From Nitrospinota bacterium (GTDB taxonomy: Bacteria > Nitrospinota_A > UBA7883 > JACRGQ01): 64,000 nt of DNA. Below, piece by piece: positions 40,571 to 50,514 of this stretch. How positions within the stretch are numbered: position 1 is the first letter of the stretch; the number at the start of each line of letters is the position of its first letter. The stretch is taken from the NCBI GenBank assembly GCA_016217735.1, contig JACRGQ010000059.1:5208-69207 (forward strand), written 5' to 3'. The notes beneath the pieces are model-generated. The model was not told the DNA's origin. It saw only the letters and a program-made list of their open reading frames with translations, and did no database searches. Both the position numbers and the translations under genes were made by a program.

Positions 40571-41551
40571 TCAGGTTTTCCGCTGCAACACCCGCGTGAT
40601 TTTTATCGCCTTGTTGCCGCGCACCACGCCGGGAACCCCCATGTATTTCGGCACCCCTCCCACCGAGACCATCAGCTCGTCGGACACGTCGGTTCCCAGG
40701 GTGAGCACATCCCCCGCCTTGATGTTGATGAAGTCGCGGGAGGTGACGGTCGCCTCGCCCAGCTTTACCCGGCACTCCACCTCGGCCATCGCCAGGCGCT
40801 CGCGCAGGCGGCGCACCCAGGCGAGGTCCACTTCCAGCTGGTCGCTCTGGAAGCCGGCCTTCAGCTTGCCGATGATCGGTTCGATGGTCGAATACGGGAG
40901 GCACACGGTCAGGGTTCCGCTGAACTGATCCATTTCGACTTCGTACAGGATGACCACCACCACGTCGGTCGGGGGGACGATGGCGGCGAACTGCGGGTTC
41001 ACCTCGGACCGGACGAAGACCATGTCAACCGGATGCACCGGCGCCCAGGCCTTTTGCAGGTCGGCCAGCGCCATGATGATGACGTTCTTGATGATCCGCT
41101 GCTCGATGGTGGTGAAATCGCGCCCTTCGATCTTCATCTTGGCTTCGCCGCTGCCGCCGAAGAAGCTGTCCACCAGCGCGAAGACCATCTTTGATTCCGC
41201 CACCAGCAGCGCGAAGCCGCGCAGCGGCGTCATCCGGAAAATGTGCAGCGATGCGGGCACCGGAAGCGATTTGATGAATTCGCCGAACTTCACCGTGTCG
41301 GTGGAAACGGCGCTCACGTCCAGCACCTTGCGCAGCGCCGAGGAAAGCGAGTTGCGGAACAGGCGCGAGAACCGCTGGTTGATGATGTCCAGCGTCGGCA
41401 TTCTGCCGCGTATGATCCGTTCCTGGCTGGTCAGGTCGTACGCGACGACGCCGCCGTCGTCGCCGAGGTCTTCCGCCTCGGTTTCGATTTCCCCGTCGCT
41501 CACGCCGCGTAACAGCGCGTCGACTTCTTCCTGCGAAAGTATCTGGCTCAT
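40571..41551 (-). CDS. fliM: flagellar motor switch protein FliM
   Basis: MSQILSQEEVDALL N-terminal CheY-binding motif plus middle and C-terminal FliM domains. Confidence 0.9.
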   Translation of the reverse strand: MSQILSQEEVDALLRGVSDGEIETEAEDLGDDGGVVAYDLTSQERIIRGRMPTLDIINQRFSRLFRNSLSSALRKVLDVSAVSTDTVKFGEFIKSLPVPASLHIFRMTPLRGFALLVAESKMVFALVDSFFGGSGEAKMKIEGRDFTTIEQRIIKNVIIMALADLQKAWAPVHPVDMVFVRSEVNPQFAAIVPPTDVVVVILYEVEMDQFSGTLTVCLPYSTIEPIIGKLKAGFQSDQLEVDLAWVRRLRERLAMAEVECRVKLGEATVTSRDFINIKAGDVLTLGTDVSDELMVSVGGVPKYMGVPGVVRGNKAIKITRVLQRKT

Positions 41552-41596
41552 GCCGGTGCGCGTTACCTCTTTTTGCCGGCGGCGGAGCCGCCGCGG

Positions 41597-42178
41597 TTAT
41601 TGTATGACAAATTCCACGAAAAAGACGTTTTTCACCACCCCCGACGTGAGGAGGTTGTTCACCCGCGTGAGCACCTGCTCTTTCAGGCGGAATTTCCCTT
41701 CTATGGTCAGCAGCTCTTCGGCCGGCTTGGAGGAGAGCACGGTGATGATCGCGTCTTTTATCTGCGGCATCCGGTTGTTCACTTCGTTGGTCATTTCAGG
41801 CCGGGCCAGCTCGAGCTGCATGGTCACCTTCAGGTAGCGTTTGCCGGCGTCCGAGGCGAGATTCACGATGAAGGGATCAAGCGAGACAAACAGGCCCATT
41901 TTTCCTTCGCCGCCCGATTCGCCGCCGCCGCCATGTTCGCCGCCTTTTGCTTCGCCACCGCCGCCGCCGTGCTCCCCTTCGGCCGCCGGAGCGCCTTGTT
42001 CGGCGCCTCCCTTGGCGGCTTTCTTGCCGCCCAGCATGGAAACGGCCAGATAGCCGCCCACGCCGATCAGCCCGACCATCAATACGGCAATGACGAGGAT
42101 GAGGGCAAGCTTGCTCTTGGCCTTTTTTGGTTGCGGCAGACCTTCGCCGCCAGCTTCAAGCCCCTCTTCCATCGCCAT
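41597..42178 (-). CDS. fliL: flagellar basal-body-associated protein FliL (with Gly/Glu-rich insert)
   Basis: Single TM segment and the C-terminal FliL domain (FVSLDPFIVNL...YLKV...). Confidence 0.8.
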   Translation of the reverse strand: MAMEEGLEAGGEGLPQPKKAKSKLALILVIAVLMVGLIGVGGYLAVSMLGGKKAAKGGAEQGAPAAEGEHGGGGGEAKGGEHGGGGESGGEGKMGLFVSLDPFIVNLASDAGKRYLKVTMQLELARPEMTNEVNNRMPQIKDAIITVLSSKPAEELLTIEGKFRLKEQVLTRVNNLLTSGVVKNVFFVEFVIQ

Positions 42179-42509
42179 ATGAGCACCTCCTAAAACGGTT
42201 TTTCAGCGGGTTGCTTGATGATAACGTCAACCCCGCGGCCGCGTTTGCGGTATTCTTCGCTGATGTTTTTAACCGGACACGGCGGGGGCAATCCCCTTTG
42301 GCCTCCATCCGTGTGTACCGGTAAATCGCCTGTATGTCATTCTATTATGATTTGATTGTTTGAAAAAGCAAGTACTTCCGCGACACCCAAACTATCGGCC
42401 CATCTCCTTCAGGCAGTCCCCTTGCCGCCGCGTTTCACGGCTTTTCCCGTCCGTTATCGGACGGGGAAGCCGATAACCTGAGGCCGCCCCGCTTTTTTCA
42501 TGCGGAATT

Positions 42510-43844
42510 CTAAAGCTCCGCGGGGGGCGCCGCGCGCCGCATGGTCGATTCCTCCTGTTTAAGCGCCTCTCCGGCTTCAATCAGCGCCCCCTTGAATATG
42601 ATGGGGCCGATAATTTCGCAGATGGTTATTTCGGCGATGATGAGGGTGGCCAGCGCGCCCCCCCAGACGGGGATTTGTTCACGGACGATAAGCGCCAGAC
42701 CCAGCGAGACCCCCGCCTGTGAAACAAAGCCTTTCCAGAGCATCCGCCGCAGCAGGGGGGAGGCGCCGAGCAGCCGGGTGGCGAAGGTGGTCGCCACGTA
42801 CATCAGCGCCACGCGCACCGCGAAATAGATGAGCGCCACGGCCCACATCCGCCGCAGCGCGCCGGTATCGAGCGCCGCGCCCGCGAGGGAGAAGAAAATG
42901 ATGAAGATCGGCAACGCCCCTTTTTCTATGGCGCGGACGAATTTGTGCCCTTCGGCGCTGAAGTTGCGCACCACGAAGCCGGTGGTGACGCAGAGCAGCA
43001 GCACGTTGAGGTGCATCATCGTGCTGAGCGCGCCGGAGATGACCGCCACGCCGAAGGTGAACGGGAGCATCAGGCTTCCCATCGTTTTGATATAGAGCGC
43101 CACGAACGCCCCCAGCAGCGCCCCCGCCAGCAGCGAGAGGCCCGTTTCCGCCGCCATGGTCCAGAGCAGCTCATCCGCCGACAGGGGTTTTCCGCCGCCG
43201 CCGCGGATCCACGCCATGACCACCGTGAACAGGGTTATCACGAGGATGTCTTTGGTGACGACGATGCCGAGCGTGTTTTCGGTCAGTTCCCCCTTGGCGC
43301 GGGTTTCGTTCACGATGGCTCCGGTGGCGGCGGGCGAGGTGGTGGCTCCGATGGCCGCCATGACAAGCGCGGCCGCCGCGGCAAACCCCTCCGGCACGGA
43401 CGGGAAGCCGGGAAAGCCGTAATGGATGAGCGGGTAAAACACCATGAGGATGCCGGTGAAAACGATGGAAACGTTCAGGATGCCGATCCCCAGTATCTTC
43501 ACCCCCTGCCGTTTAAGGAAATTCCATTCGATCTCGGCGCCGACCGACAGGGCTATGTAGGCGAAGGCGAGGGTGTTGATGAGGGAAAATTCGGCGATGC
43601 GGGGCTGCTCGATGATGTTGAGCGCGGCGGGGCCGGCCAGAACGCCGAAAATGATATAGCCGGTGAGCAGCGGCAGCGCCGCCCGCTCGGCCAGTTTGGA
43701 TACGAAAAAAGCCCCCAGCATGATGAAGCCGAGGATGATGGTGACCGCGGAGGCGCCGGTGTAGCTCTTGCCGCCGAGGAAGAAGGAGAGGTTCCCCATG
43801 ATGAGGAAGATGATCGTCAGCGCCAGAATCTGCCGTTTGATCAT
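42510..43844 (-). CDS. cation:proton antiporter (CPA family, Kef/NhaP-like), membrane domain only
   Basis: About 12 TM helices with Na+/H+ exchanger-family glycine-rich motifs. Confidence 0.8.
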   Translation of the reverse strand: MIKRQILALTIIFLIMGNLSFFLGGKSYTGASAVTIILGFIMLGAFFVSKLAERAALPLLTGYIIFGVLAGPAALNIIEQPRIAEFSLINTLAFAYIALSVGAEIEWNFLKRQGVKILGIGILNVSIVFTGILMVFYPLIHYGFPGFPSVPEGFAAAAALVMAAIGATTSPAATGAIVNETRAKGELTENTLGIVVTKDILVITLFTVVMAWIRGGGGKPLSADELLWTMAAETGLSLLAGALLGAFVALYIKTMGSLMLPFTFGVAVISGALSTMMHLNVLLLCVTTGFVVRNFSAEGHKFVRAIEKGALPIFIIFFSLAGAALDTGALRRMWAVALIYFAVRVALMYVATTFATRLLGASPLLRRMLWKGFVSQAGVSLGLALIVREQIPVWGGALATLIIAEITICEIIGPIIFKGALIEAGEALKQEESTMRRAAPPAEL

Positions 43845-45022
43845 CGCTCCTCCGCCAGCACCCGGCCTATCAGGAAGGGGGCGGCCATCTCGTTAAGCAT
43901 GACGCACAGGACGATTATGGAAAAAACGTCGCGGCCCATGCCGCCGTTTTCGACCGAGAGATAGGCAAATCCGATGACGAGCGCCATCGCCCCTTGCGAG
44001 GCCAGCGCCAGCCCCCCGCTTTTCGGGAAGGGGAACGGCGCGGCGCGGCGGCCCAGCAGCCAGCGGAGCGAATGCTGTTTTGCCAAAAGCCGCACCAGCG
44101 CCACCAGCAGCGCAATGGGAAAGGCCAGGGGGGAGGGGACGAACATGAGGCCCGCCAGCAGGAGCATGATGATGTAAAAAGGGCGCTCCGTGTTGGATGC
44201 CGCGCGGTAGAGGGGATCCTCCGGGCGCAGCGTATTGGCCAGGAACGCGCCGGCGATAAAGCTGATGACCAGCGGCGATACCGAAAGCACCCCGCCGACC
44301 CCCGCGCTGAAAAAGACAAAGCCGACCATCAGCACCATCTGTTCCTTTTCCTTCAGTTTTTCGCGCGGCAAGTGCCGGAAGAAAAAGCCGAGCAACAGGC
44401 CCGTGCCGGCGGCCTGCGCCAAATACTTAAGGCCGAGCGTAAAGGAGGCGATGCCGTGGCGGAGCACGGTCAGGGAAAGCGCCAGCAGCACGACGGCCAC
44501 CATCGCGTCGAGGCTCGATACGACGTTGAGCAGTTGGCGGGCCGTGGCGTTGAAGCGCCGCTCTTTTCCCAGCAGCGCCAGCACGGTGGGGGATGAGACC
44601 GCCGCCGAGGCGGCCAGAACCGCCGCGGCGATCACGGCGTCGGCGATGCCCCGCTTGTACAAATAATGGAGCGGCAGATAGACGGCCAGCATCACCAGAA
44701 GGCCGGAAATAAGCGCCTGATAAAGGGTGAGCCGCAGCTGCCAGCGTTCCACGCGGGCCAAATCGGTCAACCGCATCTGCGCGCCGATCAGCAATCCCAC
44801 CCAGCCCAGCCCCAGATGAATCACCGGCTCCAGCTCGCGCAAAAGGAATTCGGGAAAGAAATCGAGCGCGAAGGGGCCGATTATGATGCCGATGAGCATG
44901 AACTCCCAGCCGGTATAAAAGAGGTACCGCAGGAGGGGAGGCAGCTTTTCCTTGGAAAAAATATGCAGCGAACCGGCATAGGCTATCGCCGCCAGGATGA
45001 CAAGGCCGAGGATGGCGCTCAT
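43841..45022 (-). CDS. second cation:proton antiporter-like membrane protein
   Basis: Polytopic; overlaps the downstream antiporter gene by 4 nt. Confidence 0.65.
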   Translation of the reverse strand: MSAILGLVILAAIAYAGSLHIFSKEKLPPLLRYLFYTGWEFMLIGIIIGPFALDFFPEFLLRELEPVIHLGLGWVGLLIGAQMRLTDLARVERWQLRLTLYQALISGLLVMLAVYLPLHYLYKRGIADAVIAAAVLAASAAVSSPTVLALLGKERRFNATARQLLNVVSSLDAMVAVVLLALSLTVLRHGIASFTLGLKYLAQAAGTGLLLGFFFRHLPREKLKEKEQMVLMVGFVFFSAGVGGVLSVSPLVISFIAGAFLANTLRPEDPLYRAASNTERPFYIIMLLLAGLMFVPSPLAFPIALLVALVRLLAKQHSLRWLLGRRAAPFPFPKSGGLALASQGAMALVIGFAYLSVENGGMGRDVFSIIVLCVMLNEMAAPFLIGRVLAEER

Positions 45023-45043
45023 GCCGCCCCCCGCGCCGGCCGG

Positions 45044-45379
45044 CTACTGCGGCTTGATGCCGTACGCGTTCGTGACCGGGACGGTAAAGAAAATGCCGGC
45101 GTCGGGTTCTTCCGCTCCGGCATAGATTTCCTTGACGACTTTAATGGCGTTCCCAAGCGTTTCCTTATCCTGTATTACCGTAAAAACCGTGTAATTCGAT
45201 TCCCGCACGCCGCTGAAAAGATTTTTGAAACCCGAAAAAATCGGCACCTCGTTGGCGATGATCGTTCCCATTCCCTTGCTGTCGATGACGGTGCAGCCAA
45301 CAATGCCGGCCTCGATAAAGCCCGCGAGAACGTCTTCAAGGAGTTCCGGCTTGTTGATGACACAAACCAGAAGCTCCAC
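45044..45379 (-). CDS. PII-like small signalling protein (nitrogen-regulatory PII fold)
   Basis: 111 aa; the beta-alpha-beta ferredoxin-like arrangement (MELLVCVI..E.VL..GI.G.TV....G.G) is typical of PII/DUF190. Confidence 0.6.
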   Translation of the reverse strand: MELLVCVINKPELLEDVLAGFIEAGIVGCTVIDSKGMGTIIANEVPIFSGFKNLFSGVRESNYTVFTVIQDKETLGNAIKVVKEIYAGAEEPDAGIFFTVPVTNAYGIKPQ

Positions 45380-45841
45380 TCAGTTATCCACCTGGCGGAC
45401 GGCTTCCAGCGCTTCCTGCGGGGTGGAGGCTATTTGCACCTTCTTGATAAGGTCCTTGTTGCGGCAGAGGCGGACGATCCGCGCGAGTATCTGGATATGG
45501 AGGCGCGGCACCGCCTGCGAGCCGATAATCATGAAAACCACTTTAACCGGCTGGCCGTCCACCGACGCGAAATCGACCCCCTTGGGGAGGACGCCGATGA
45601 GGATGACCGTTTCGCTGAACCCTTCGAGGGAGGCGTGCGGGATGGCGATGGATTCGCCAACCCCGGTGGTGCTCAGTTTCTCGCGTTCTTCAAGCTTGCG
45701 GACGAGCACCTCGGCGTTCGCCTTGTCGAGCAGGCCCGTGGTTTCCAGGCAACCGGCCAGTTCCACAAACACGTCATGCCTGTTCCGCGCCTTCATGTTG
45801 AGCAGCACGTATTCGGGTTTTATGTAGTCACCGATGCTCAT
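45380..45841 (-). CDS. ptsN: PTS EIIA-Ntr nitrogen regulatory protein
   Basis: EIIA(Fru/Ntr) fold with active-site His block (GESIAIPHA). Confidence 0.8.
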   Translation of the reverse strand: MSIGDYIKPEYVLLNMKARNRHDVFVELAGCLETTGLLDKANAEVLVRKLEEREKLSTTGVGESIAIPHASLEGFSETVILIGVLPKGVDFASVDGQPVKVVFMIIGSQAVPRLHIQILARIVRLCRNKDLIKKVQIASTPQEALEAVRQVDN

Positions 45842-45983
45842 CGTCTATTTCTCCCTTTTCCCCATCTTCCCTGTTTTCACCGGCGGCGCTTTTTTTCATT
45901 TGCATCATCAAATAGCAGGTGTGCCCCAGCAGCCAGACCATTATCACAAAGATAAATCCGGCCACTATCCATCCGAACATTTC

Positions 45984-46793
45984 CTATTTCAGGCCCAACA
46001 CGTCCTGCATGTCATACAGGCCGTTTTTTTGTCCCGCCAGCCATTCGGCGGCGCGAACCGCCCCGGCGGCGAAATTGCGGCGGCTCGTCGCCTTATGGGT
46101 AAGCTCCACCCGTTCCCCCTGCCCGGCGAAGTATACGGTGTGTTCCCCCACCACGTCCCCCATCCGCAGCGCCATCACGGCGATCTCGTCCTTTGTCCGT
46201 TCCCCGGTGATGCCGTGGCGTCCGTACACCCCCACTTTGTCGAGGCCGCGCCCGGTCTCGCGGGCGCATATCTCGGCCAGGCGCATCGCCGTGCCGGAGG
46301 GGGAATCTTTTTTCAGGTTGTGGTGTATTTCCATGATCTCGATGTCGTAGGTTTTTCCCAGGATGCGGGCGGTATCCGCCAGCACCTTGAACAGCACGTT
46401 CACGCCGATGCTCATGTTCGGCGCGCGCACACAGCGGATGGCGGCGCGGTGCGAGTCCATCTCCTTCACCTGTTCGGCGGAAAAGCCGGTGGTGCCGATG
46501 ACGATCCCTTTGCCCGCCGCGCGGCAGACGGCGAAGTGTTCCATGGTCGCTTCGGGGGTTGAGAAGTCGATGATCACATCGACATCGTTGATGATCTCTT
46601 TGAGGTGGGCGGCGATCTTTGGCCCGCCCGCGCCACGCCCCAGCGGGATGAACGCATCCACCCCGATTTGCGGGTGCCCGGGGCGTTCCGTCCCCCCGGC
46701 CAGACGCAGAGCGGGGTTTTCAAGAACGCAGTTGGCGATCTCTTTCCCCATACGGCCCGCGATGCCCGTAACGCCCACTCTGACAATGCCCAC
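45984..46793 (-). CDS. dapB: 4-hydroxy-tetrahydrodipicolinate reductase
   Basis: VGVTGIAGRMG NAD(P)-binding block and DapB catalytic blocks (EIHHNLKKDSPSGTA). Confidence 0.9.
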   Translation of the reverse strand: MGIVRVGVTGIAGRMGKEIANCVLENPALRLAGGTERPGHPQIGVDAFIPLGRGAGGPKIAAHLKEIINDVDVIIDFSTPEATMEHFAVCRAAGKGIVIGTTGFSAEQVKEMDSHRAAIRCVRAPNMSIGVNVLFKVLADTARILGKTYDIEIMEIHHNLKKDSPSGTAMRLAEICARETGRGLDKVGVYGRHGITGERTKDEIAVMALRMGDVVGEHTVYFAGQGERVELTHKATSRRNFAAGAVRAAEWLAGQKNGLYDMQDVLGLK

Positions 46794-46876
46794 TGTTACC
46801 CCACTCCTTTATTTAAGGAAGACACAATTGTACCCTTAAGGGACGGCTTTCCGTCAACAGCCAAAATAACACCGGT

Positions 46877-47659
46877 TCAACACTCCAACAGTTTCAGCAG
46901 GTTGGCGTGGATGCCCGGCGTCGCGGCGCAGATATGTTTTCCCAGCAGGTCGAGTTTTTCCCCTTTCATGTCGGTGACTGTTCCCCCCGCCTCGGTTACC
47001 ATCAGCGCGCCGGCCGCCATGTCCCATGCATAAAGGTACTGTTCCCAAAAGCCGTCAAAGCGGCCCCGCGCGGTCCAGGCCAGGTCGATGGCGGCGGCGC
47101 CGCAGCGCCGTATCGCCCGGCATTCGGGCGCCACGCGGTTGAAATTTCCCATGTTGTTGCTTTTCAGCGTCCGTATTTCGTAGGGGAAGCCGGTGGCCAG
47201 CACCGCGCCTTCCAGCCGCGCGGTGTCCGATACCTTCATCCGCTTGCCGTTGAGGTACGCCCCTTCCCCTTTGACGGCGCTGAACATCTCGTCGCGCATC
47301 GGGTCGTACACCGCCCCCGCCAGCGGCTCGCCGTCTTTCACCAGGCCGATGGAGGGGCCGAAGACCGGCACGCCGTGGGCGTAGTTGGTGGTGCCGTCCA
47401 GCGGATCGATGTACCAGGTGTAGCCGCTGCCGGTGTTGGTGTCGGTTCCTTCCTCGGCCACCACGTTGTGTTCCGGGAACTCGTCCCGGAGCGCGGCGGT
47501 GATGAGCCGCTCGCATTCCACATCCACCTCGGTCACCAGATTGATGGTGCCTTTGAGTTCCACCTTCACGTTCGTTTCGTACTTCGCGCGCTGAATGTCC
47601 CCCGCCGCGCGCGCCAGCCGCATGGCGGCCTCCGCGGCCTTGCCGATATCAAATTTCAT
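46877..47659 (-). CDS. inositol monophosphatase family protein (SuhB-like)
   Basis: WYIDPLDGTTNYAHG and WDMAAG motifs. Confidence 0.85.
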   Translation of the reverse strand: MKFDIGKAAEAAMRLARAAGDIQRAKYETNVKVELKGTINLVTEVDVECERLITAALRDEFPEHNVVAEEGTDTNTGSGYTWYIDPLDGTTNYAHGVPVFGPSIGLVKDGEPLAGAVYDPMRDEMFSAVKGEGAYLNGKRMKVSDTARLEGAVLATGFPYEIRTLKSNNMGNFNRVAPECRAIRRCGAAAIDLAWTARGRFDGFWEQYLYAWDMAAGALMVTEAGGTVTDMKGEKLDLLGKHICAATPGIHANLLKLLEC

Positions 47660-48736
47660 TTATGCTCCGTTGTCCGCCGTGAAAAAACGTTCTATCCATC
47701 CGCCGCCCGTCACGATGTCGCCGCGGTAAAAAACCGCCGCCTGTCCCGGCGCGACCGCCCGTTCCGGCTTGTCAAAGCGCACCTCCGCGCCGTCCGCCGT
47801 GAACCGGATGACGCCGTTGACCGGCGCGCGCCGGTGGCGCAACTGCACCGCCACCGCGCCGCCGCGCGGCTCTTCGTGAAGCGTGAGGTTCTTGATTTCC
47901 ACCGAGCCGGCGAGAAGCTCCTCTTCCGCGCCGAGGCGGATGACGTTTTGTTCCGCGTCGATATCGGTGACATACAGCCGCCCGCCCGCCGCCACGCCCA
48001 GTCCGCGGCGCTGCCCCACGGTGTAAAAGGGTATCCCCTTGTGCGCGCCGAGTTTTTTTCCTTTTTTGTCCACGAAGTCGCCGGGGGGGATGTTGAGTTC
48101 CAGCCCGGCGATGAATTTCTGATAGTCGTCGTCCGGCACGAAGCATATCTCCTGGCTGTCCGGCTTTTCCGCCGTCTTGAGGCCGTGCCGTGCCGCCACC
48201 GCGCGTGTTTCCTCCTTGGTCAGTTCCCCCACCGGGAAGAGAATTTCCCCCAGCGTTTCCGGCGGGACGTCGAACAGAAAGTAGCTTTGATCTTTTTCGG
48301 GGTCGCGCCCGCGCGCGAGGCGCTTGCGCCCGTCCAGTTCCACGATGCGGGCGTAGTGGCCGGTCGCCAGTTTGGCGCAGCCGAGCTGCCGCGCCTTTTT
48401 GAGGAGCAGGCCGAACTTCAGCACCCGGTTGCAGGCGATGCAGGGGTTCGGCGTCCGGCCCGATATGTATTCGTCCACGAAATAATCGACGACGCTCTTT
48501 TTGAATTCCTCTTTCATGTTGAGCGTGTAATGGGGGATGCCGAGCTGGTCGGCCACGCGGCGGGCGTCGTTCACATCGTCCAGCGAGCAGCAGGTTCGCT
48601 TCTCCGTTTCGGCGGGCGCGTCCCACAGGCGCATGGTGATGCCGATGACCCCATAACCCCGCTCCAGCAGCAGGGCCGCCGCGGCGGAGCTGTCCACCCC
48701 GCCGCTCATGGCGACAAGCACGTTTTCTTTATTCAT
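47660..48736 (-). CDS. mnmA: tRNA-specific 2-thiouridylase
   Basis: PP-loop VLVAMSGGVDSSAAA and the MnmA catalytic Cys blocks. Confidence 0.9.
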   Translation of the reverse strand: MNKENVLVAMSGGVDSSAAAALLLERGYGVIGITMRLWDAPAETEKRTCCSLDDVNDARRVADQLGIPHYTLNMKEEFKKSVVDYFVDEYISGRTPNPCIACNRVLKFGLLLKKARQLGCAKLATGHYARIVELDGRKRLARGRDPEKDQSYFLFDVPPETLGEILFPVGELTKEETRAVAARHGLKTAEKPDSQEICFVPDDDYQKFIAGLELNIPPGDFVDKKGKKLGAHKGIPFYTVGQRRGLGVAAGGRLYVTDIDAEQNVIRLGAEEELLAGSVEIKNLTLHEEPRGGAVAVQLRHRRAPVNGVIRFTADGAEVRFDKPERAVAPGQAAVFYRGDIVTGGGWIERFFTADNGA

Positions 48737-48900
48737 ATTTTTTGGGCCGGATAAGCGGCGATTGTACCGTATTTCCCGCGTGGGCGGGGGTGAAAAGGGG
48801 GCGCAAAAAAAGTACGCGGGAAGGCAACCGGGTGCGCGTTATTTTACCCGCCCCGGCGGAGAGGCGCGGCGTTGGACCGCGCGGCTCCGCTTACCGCATA

Positions 48901-49179
48901 CTATTTGTTCCAGCCCCGCGTTCCGTGGCGTCCCCTCTCCAGCCGATGCATCGGCGTGTGTTTGCGGGAGGGTTTGGAGGCCATCATCATCATGGAGTGG
49001 TGCCCCATCATCATGCCGGGCATGGCCGGCTTCATCGTGGGGAGCATCCGCATGGCCTTCATTCCCATCATCCCCATCTGTTTCATCATGAACGGGGAGG
49101 TCATGGCGTCGCCCATCGCTTCGCGCGCCACGGCCAGGGAACCCTTCGAGGCTGTTTTAATTGCGTCCCAAACATTCAT
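48901..49179 (-). CDS. small Met/His-rich protein (92 aa), possibly metal (Cu(I))-binding
   Basis: ATG at 49179 with a GGAAAGG RBS. MMKQMGMMGMKAMRMLPTMKPAMPGMMMGHHSMMMM. Competing ORFs on both strands are non-homologous. Confidence 0.4.
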   Translation of the reverse strand: MNVWDAIKTASKGSLAVAREAMGDAMTSPFMMKQMGMMGMKAMRMLPTMKPAMPGMMMGHHSMMMMASKPSRKHTPMHRLERGRHGTRGWNK

Positions 49180-49410
49180 CAATCGAATCACCCGCCTTTC
49201 CGCTATTCCATACAGGCCGCTTGGGGGCGGACAGTCTGTCCGGCACCCTCTCTTGTCTATATTATACCTCTCGCACCCATCAGGCATGGGCCAAAAGAAC
49301 GGCTGAAATAACGGATAAAATAACCAGCCGGGCATAGTTGACCAATTTGGTACACTATTCCCGGAATCGTGGTAGAATAAAACCAAGTCGAAGAAGAGAG
49401 GTGATGGTTT

Positions 49411-49551
49411 ATGCGACACCTTACTTATGAAAAAGACCTGATCTGCTATGGCACGCACTGTGAAACCAAGGGCAACGTTGTTTCGTATTTCTGGCTGGCG
49501 GCGTTCGCGGCCCTCTTCATGCTTCCGATCCTGTTCATGGCGCTGATGTAA
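49411..49551 (+). CDS. small hydrophobic protein (46 aa), hypothetical
   Basis: ATG follows a GAGAGGTGA RBS. C-terminal TM helix (FWLAAFAALFMLPILFMALM). No homology evidence. Confidence 0.3.
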   Translation: MRHLTYEKDLICYGTHCETKGNVVSYFWLAAFAALFMLPILFMALM

Positions 49552-49680
49552 TTGCGTCCCGCGCGCGGGGCGGAAACTCCCACGGGGTTTCCGCCCCGTG
49601 TGCATCATTCCCCCGCCATCACAATATTCGCGGCTCATTCGCGGCGTCTTGACCCGCGATTGCCGCGGCGATGTGCCGTT

Positions 49681-50514
49681 TCATGGCGCCGGGGCGTTTT
49701 CTTCGTCCGGCCCGGGCGGAAGGGCGGGGACGAGGGGAATATCCTGATTTTCCGTTTGGCCGTCCAGCAATGTGTCCTTCCGCAGGTCTTCCCAAATGGA
49801 AAGCCCCTTGTCCCGTTTCTGCATCACGCCGAGGATGGCGTTGGCGCGGGTCTCCACATAGCGCGAATCGCCGGTGGGGGAGAAGCGGATCGGGTTCGGC
49901 AGGACGGCGGCCAGCCGGCACGCTTCATCCGGCGTCAGTTGGCTGGCATGTTTGCCGTAATGGCGCCGCGCCGCTTCTTCAATGCCGAAAATGCCGGTTC
50001 CCCACTCCGCCACGTTCAGGTAAAGCTCCAATATCCGCTTTTTGCCCAGCTCGCGTTCAAGCCGGAGGGTTAAGAACGCCTCCTTTAGTTTGCGCATGGC
50101 GGTCTTTTCCGGCGAGAGGAAAATATTTTTCGCCAGCTGCTGGGTGATGGTGCTTCCTCCCGCTTTCATCGTGCCGGAGCGCATGTTTTTTTCCAGCGCG
50201 TCCTGTATCCCCGCCAGGTCGAAGCCGTAATGCTGCCAGAATTTATCGTCTTCGGAGATCAGCACCGCGTCCTGAACGAACGGGCTGATTTCGGCCAGCG
50301 GCGTCCATGTGTAGCGCAGCTTCACCTTTTTGTTTCCTTCCGCCCACTGCCGCTCGCGGAATTCCATGAAGGCCGTTTTTTTTGGGATGCCGGTCTTCAG
50401 GTGCGAGATGTCCGGCCAAATGAAGAACGTGGATACCCAGCCCGCGATGCCCACGACGATAAACCCGATAAAGGCCAAAAAACCGACGAGGCCCTTAAAA
50501 ACATATCTCACCAT
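49681..50514 (-). CDS. mtgA: monofunctional biosynthetic peptidoglycan transglycosylase
   Basis: GT51 motifs ISEDDKFWQHYG, GGSTITQQLAKN, RILELYLNVAEWG; N-terminal TM anchor. Confidence 0.85.
   Translation of the reverse strand: MVRYVFKGLVGFLAFIGFIVVGIAGWVSTFFIWPDISHLKTGIPKKTAFMEFRERQWAEGNKKVKLRYTWTPLAEISPFVQDAVLISEDDKFWQHYGFDLAGIQDALEKNMRSGTMKAGGSTITQQLAKNIFLSPEKTAMRKLKEAFLTLRLERELGKKRILELYLNVAEWGTGIFGIEEAARRHYGKHASQLTPDEACRLAAVLPNPIRFSPTGDSRYVETRANAILGVMQKRDKGLSIWEDLRKDTLLDGQTENQDIPLVPALPPGPDEENAPAP

Noticed and set aside
42194-42510. Possible terminator or ncRNA between the fliL start and the antiporter gene
   Set aside because: A hairpin (CCCGTCCG-ttat-CGGACGGG) and a T-run are present, but on the plus strand where no upstream plus-strand gene exists. 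Ambiguous function.
45842-45978. Possible ~50-aa hydrophobic ORF between dapB and ptsN (MFGWIVAGFIFVIMVWLLGH...)
   Set aside because: It has a TM-like segment, but I could not identify an RBS and it overlaps the ptsN start. Support is too weak to call.
46907-48754. 615-aa plus-strand ORF over suhB-like and mnmA
   Set aside because: Antisense of two enzymes with conserved motifs.
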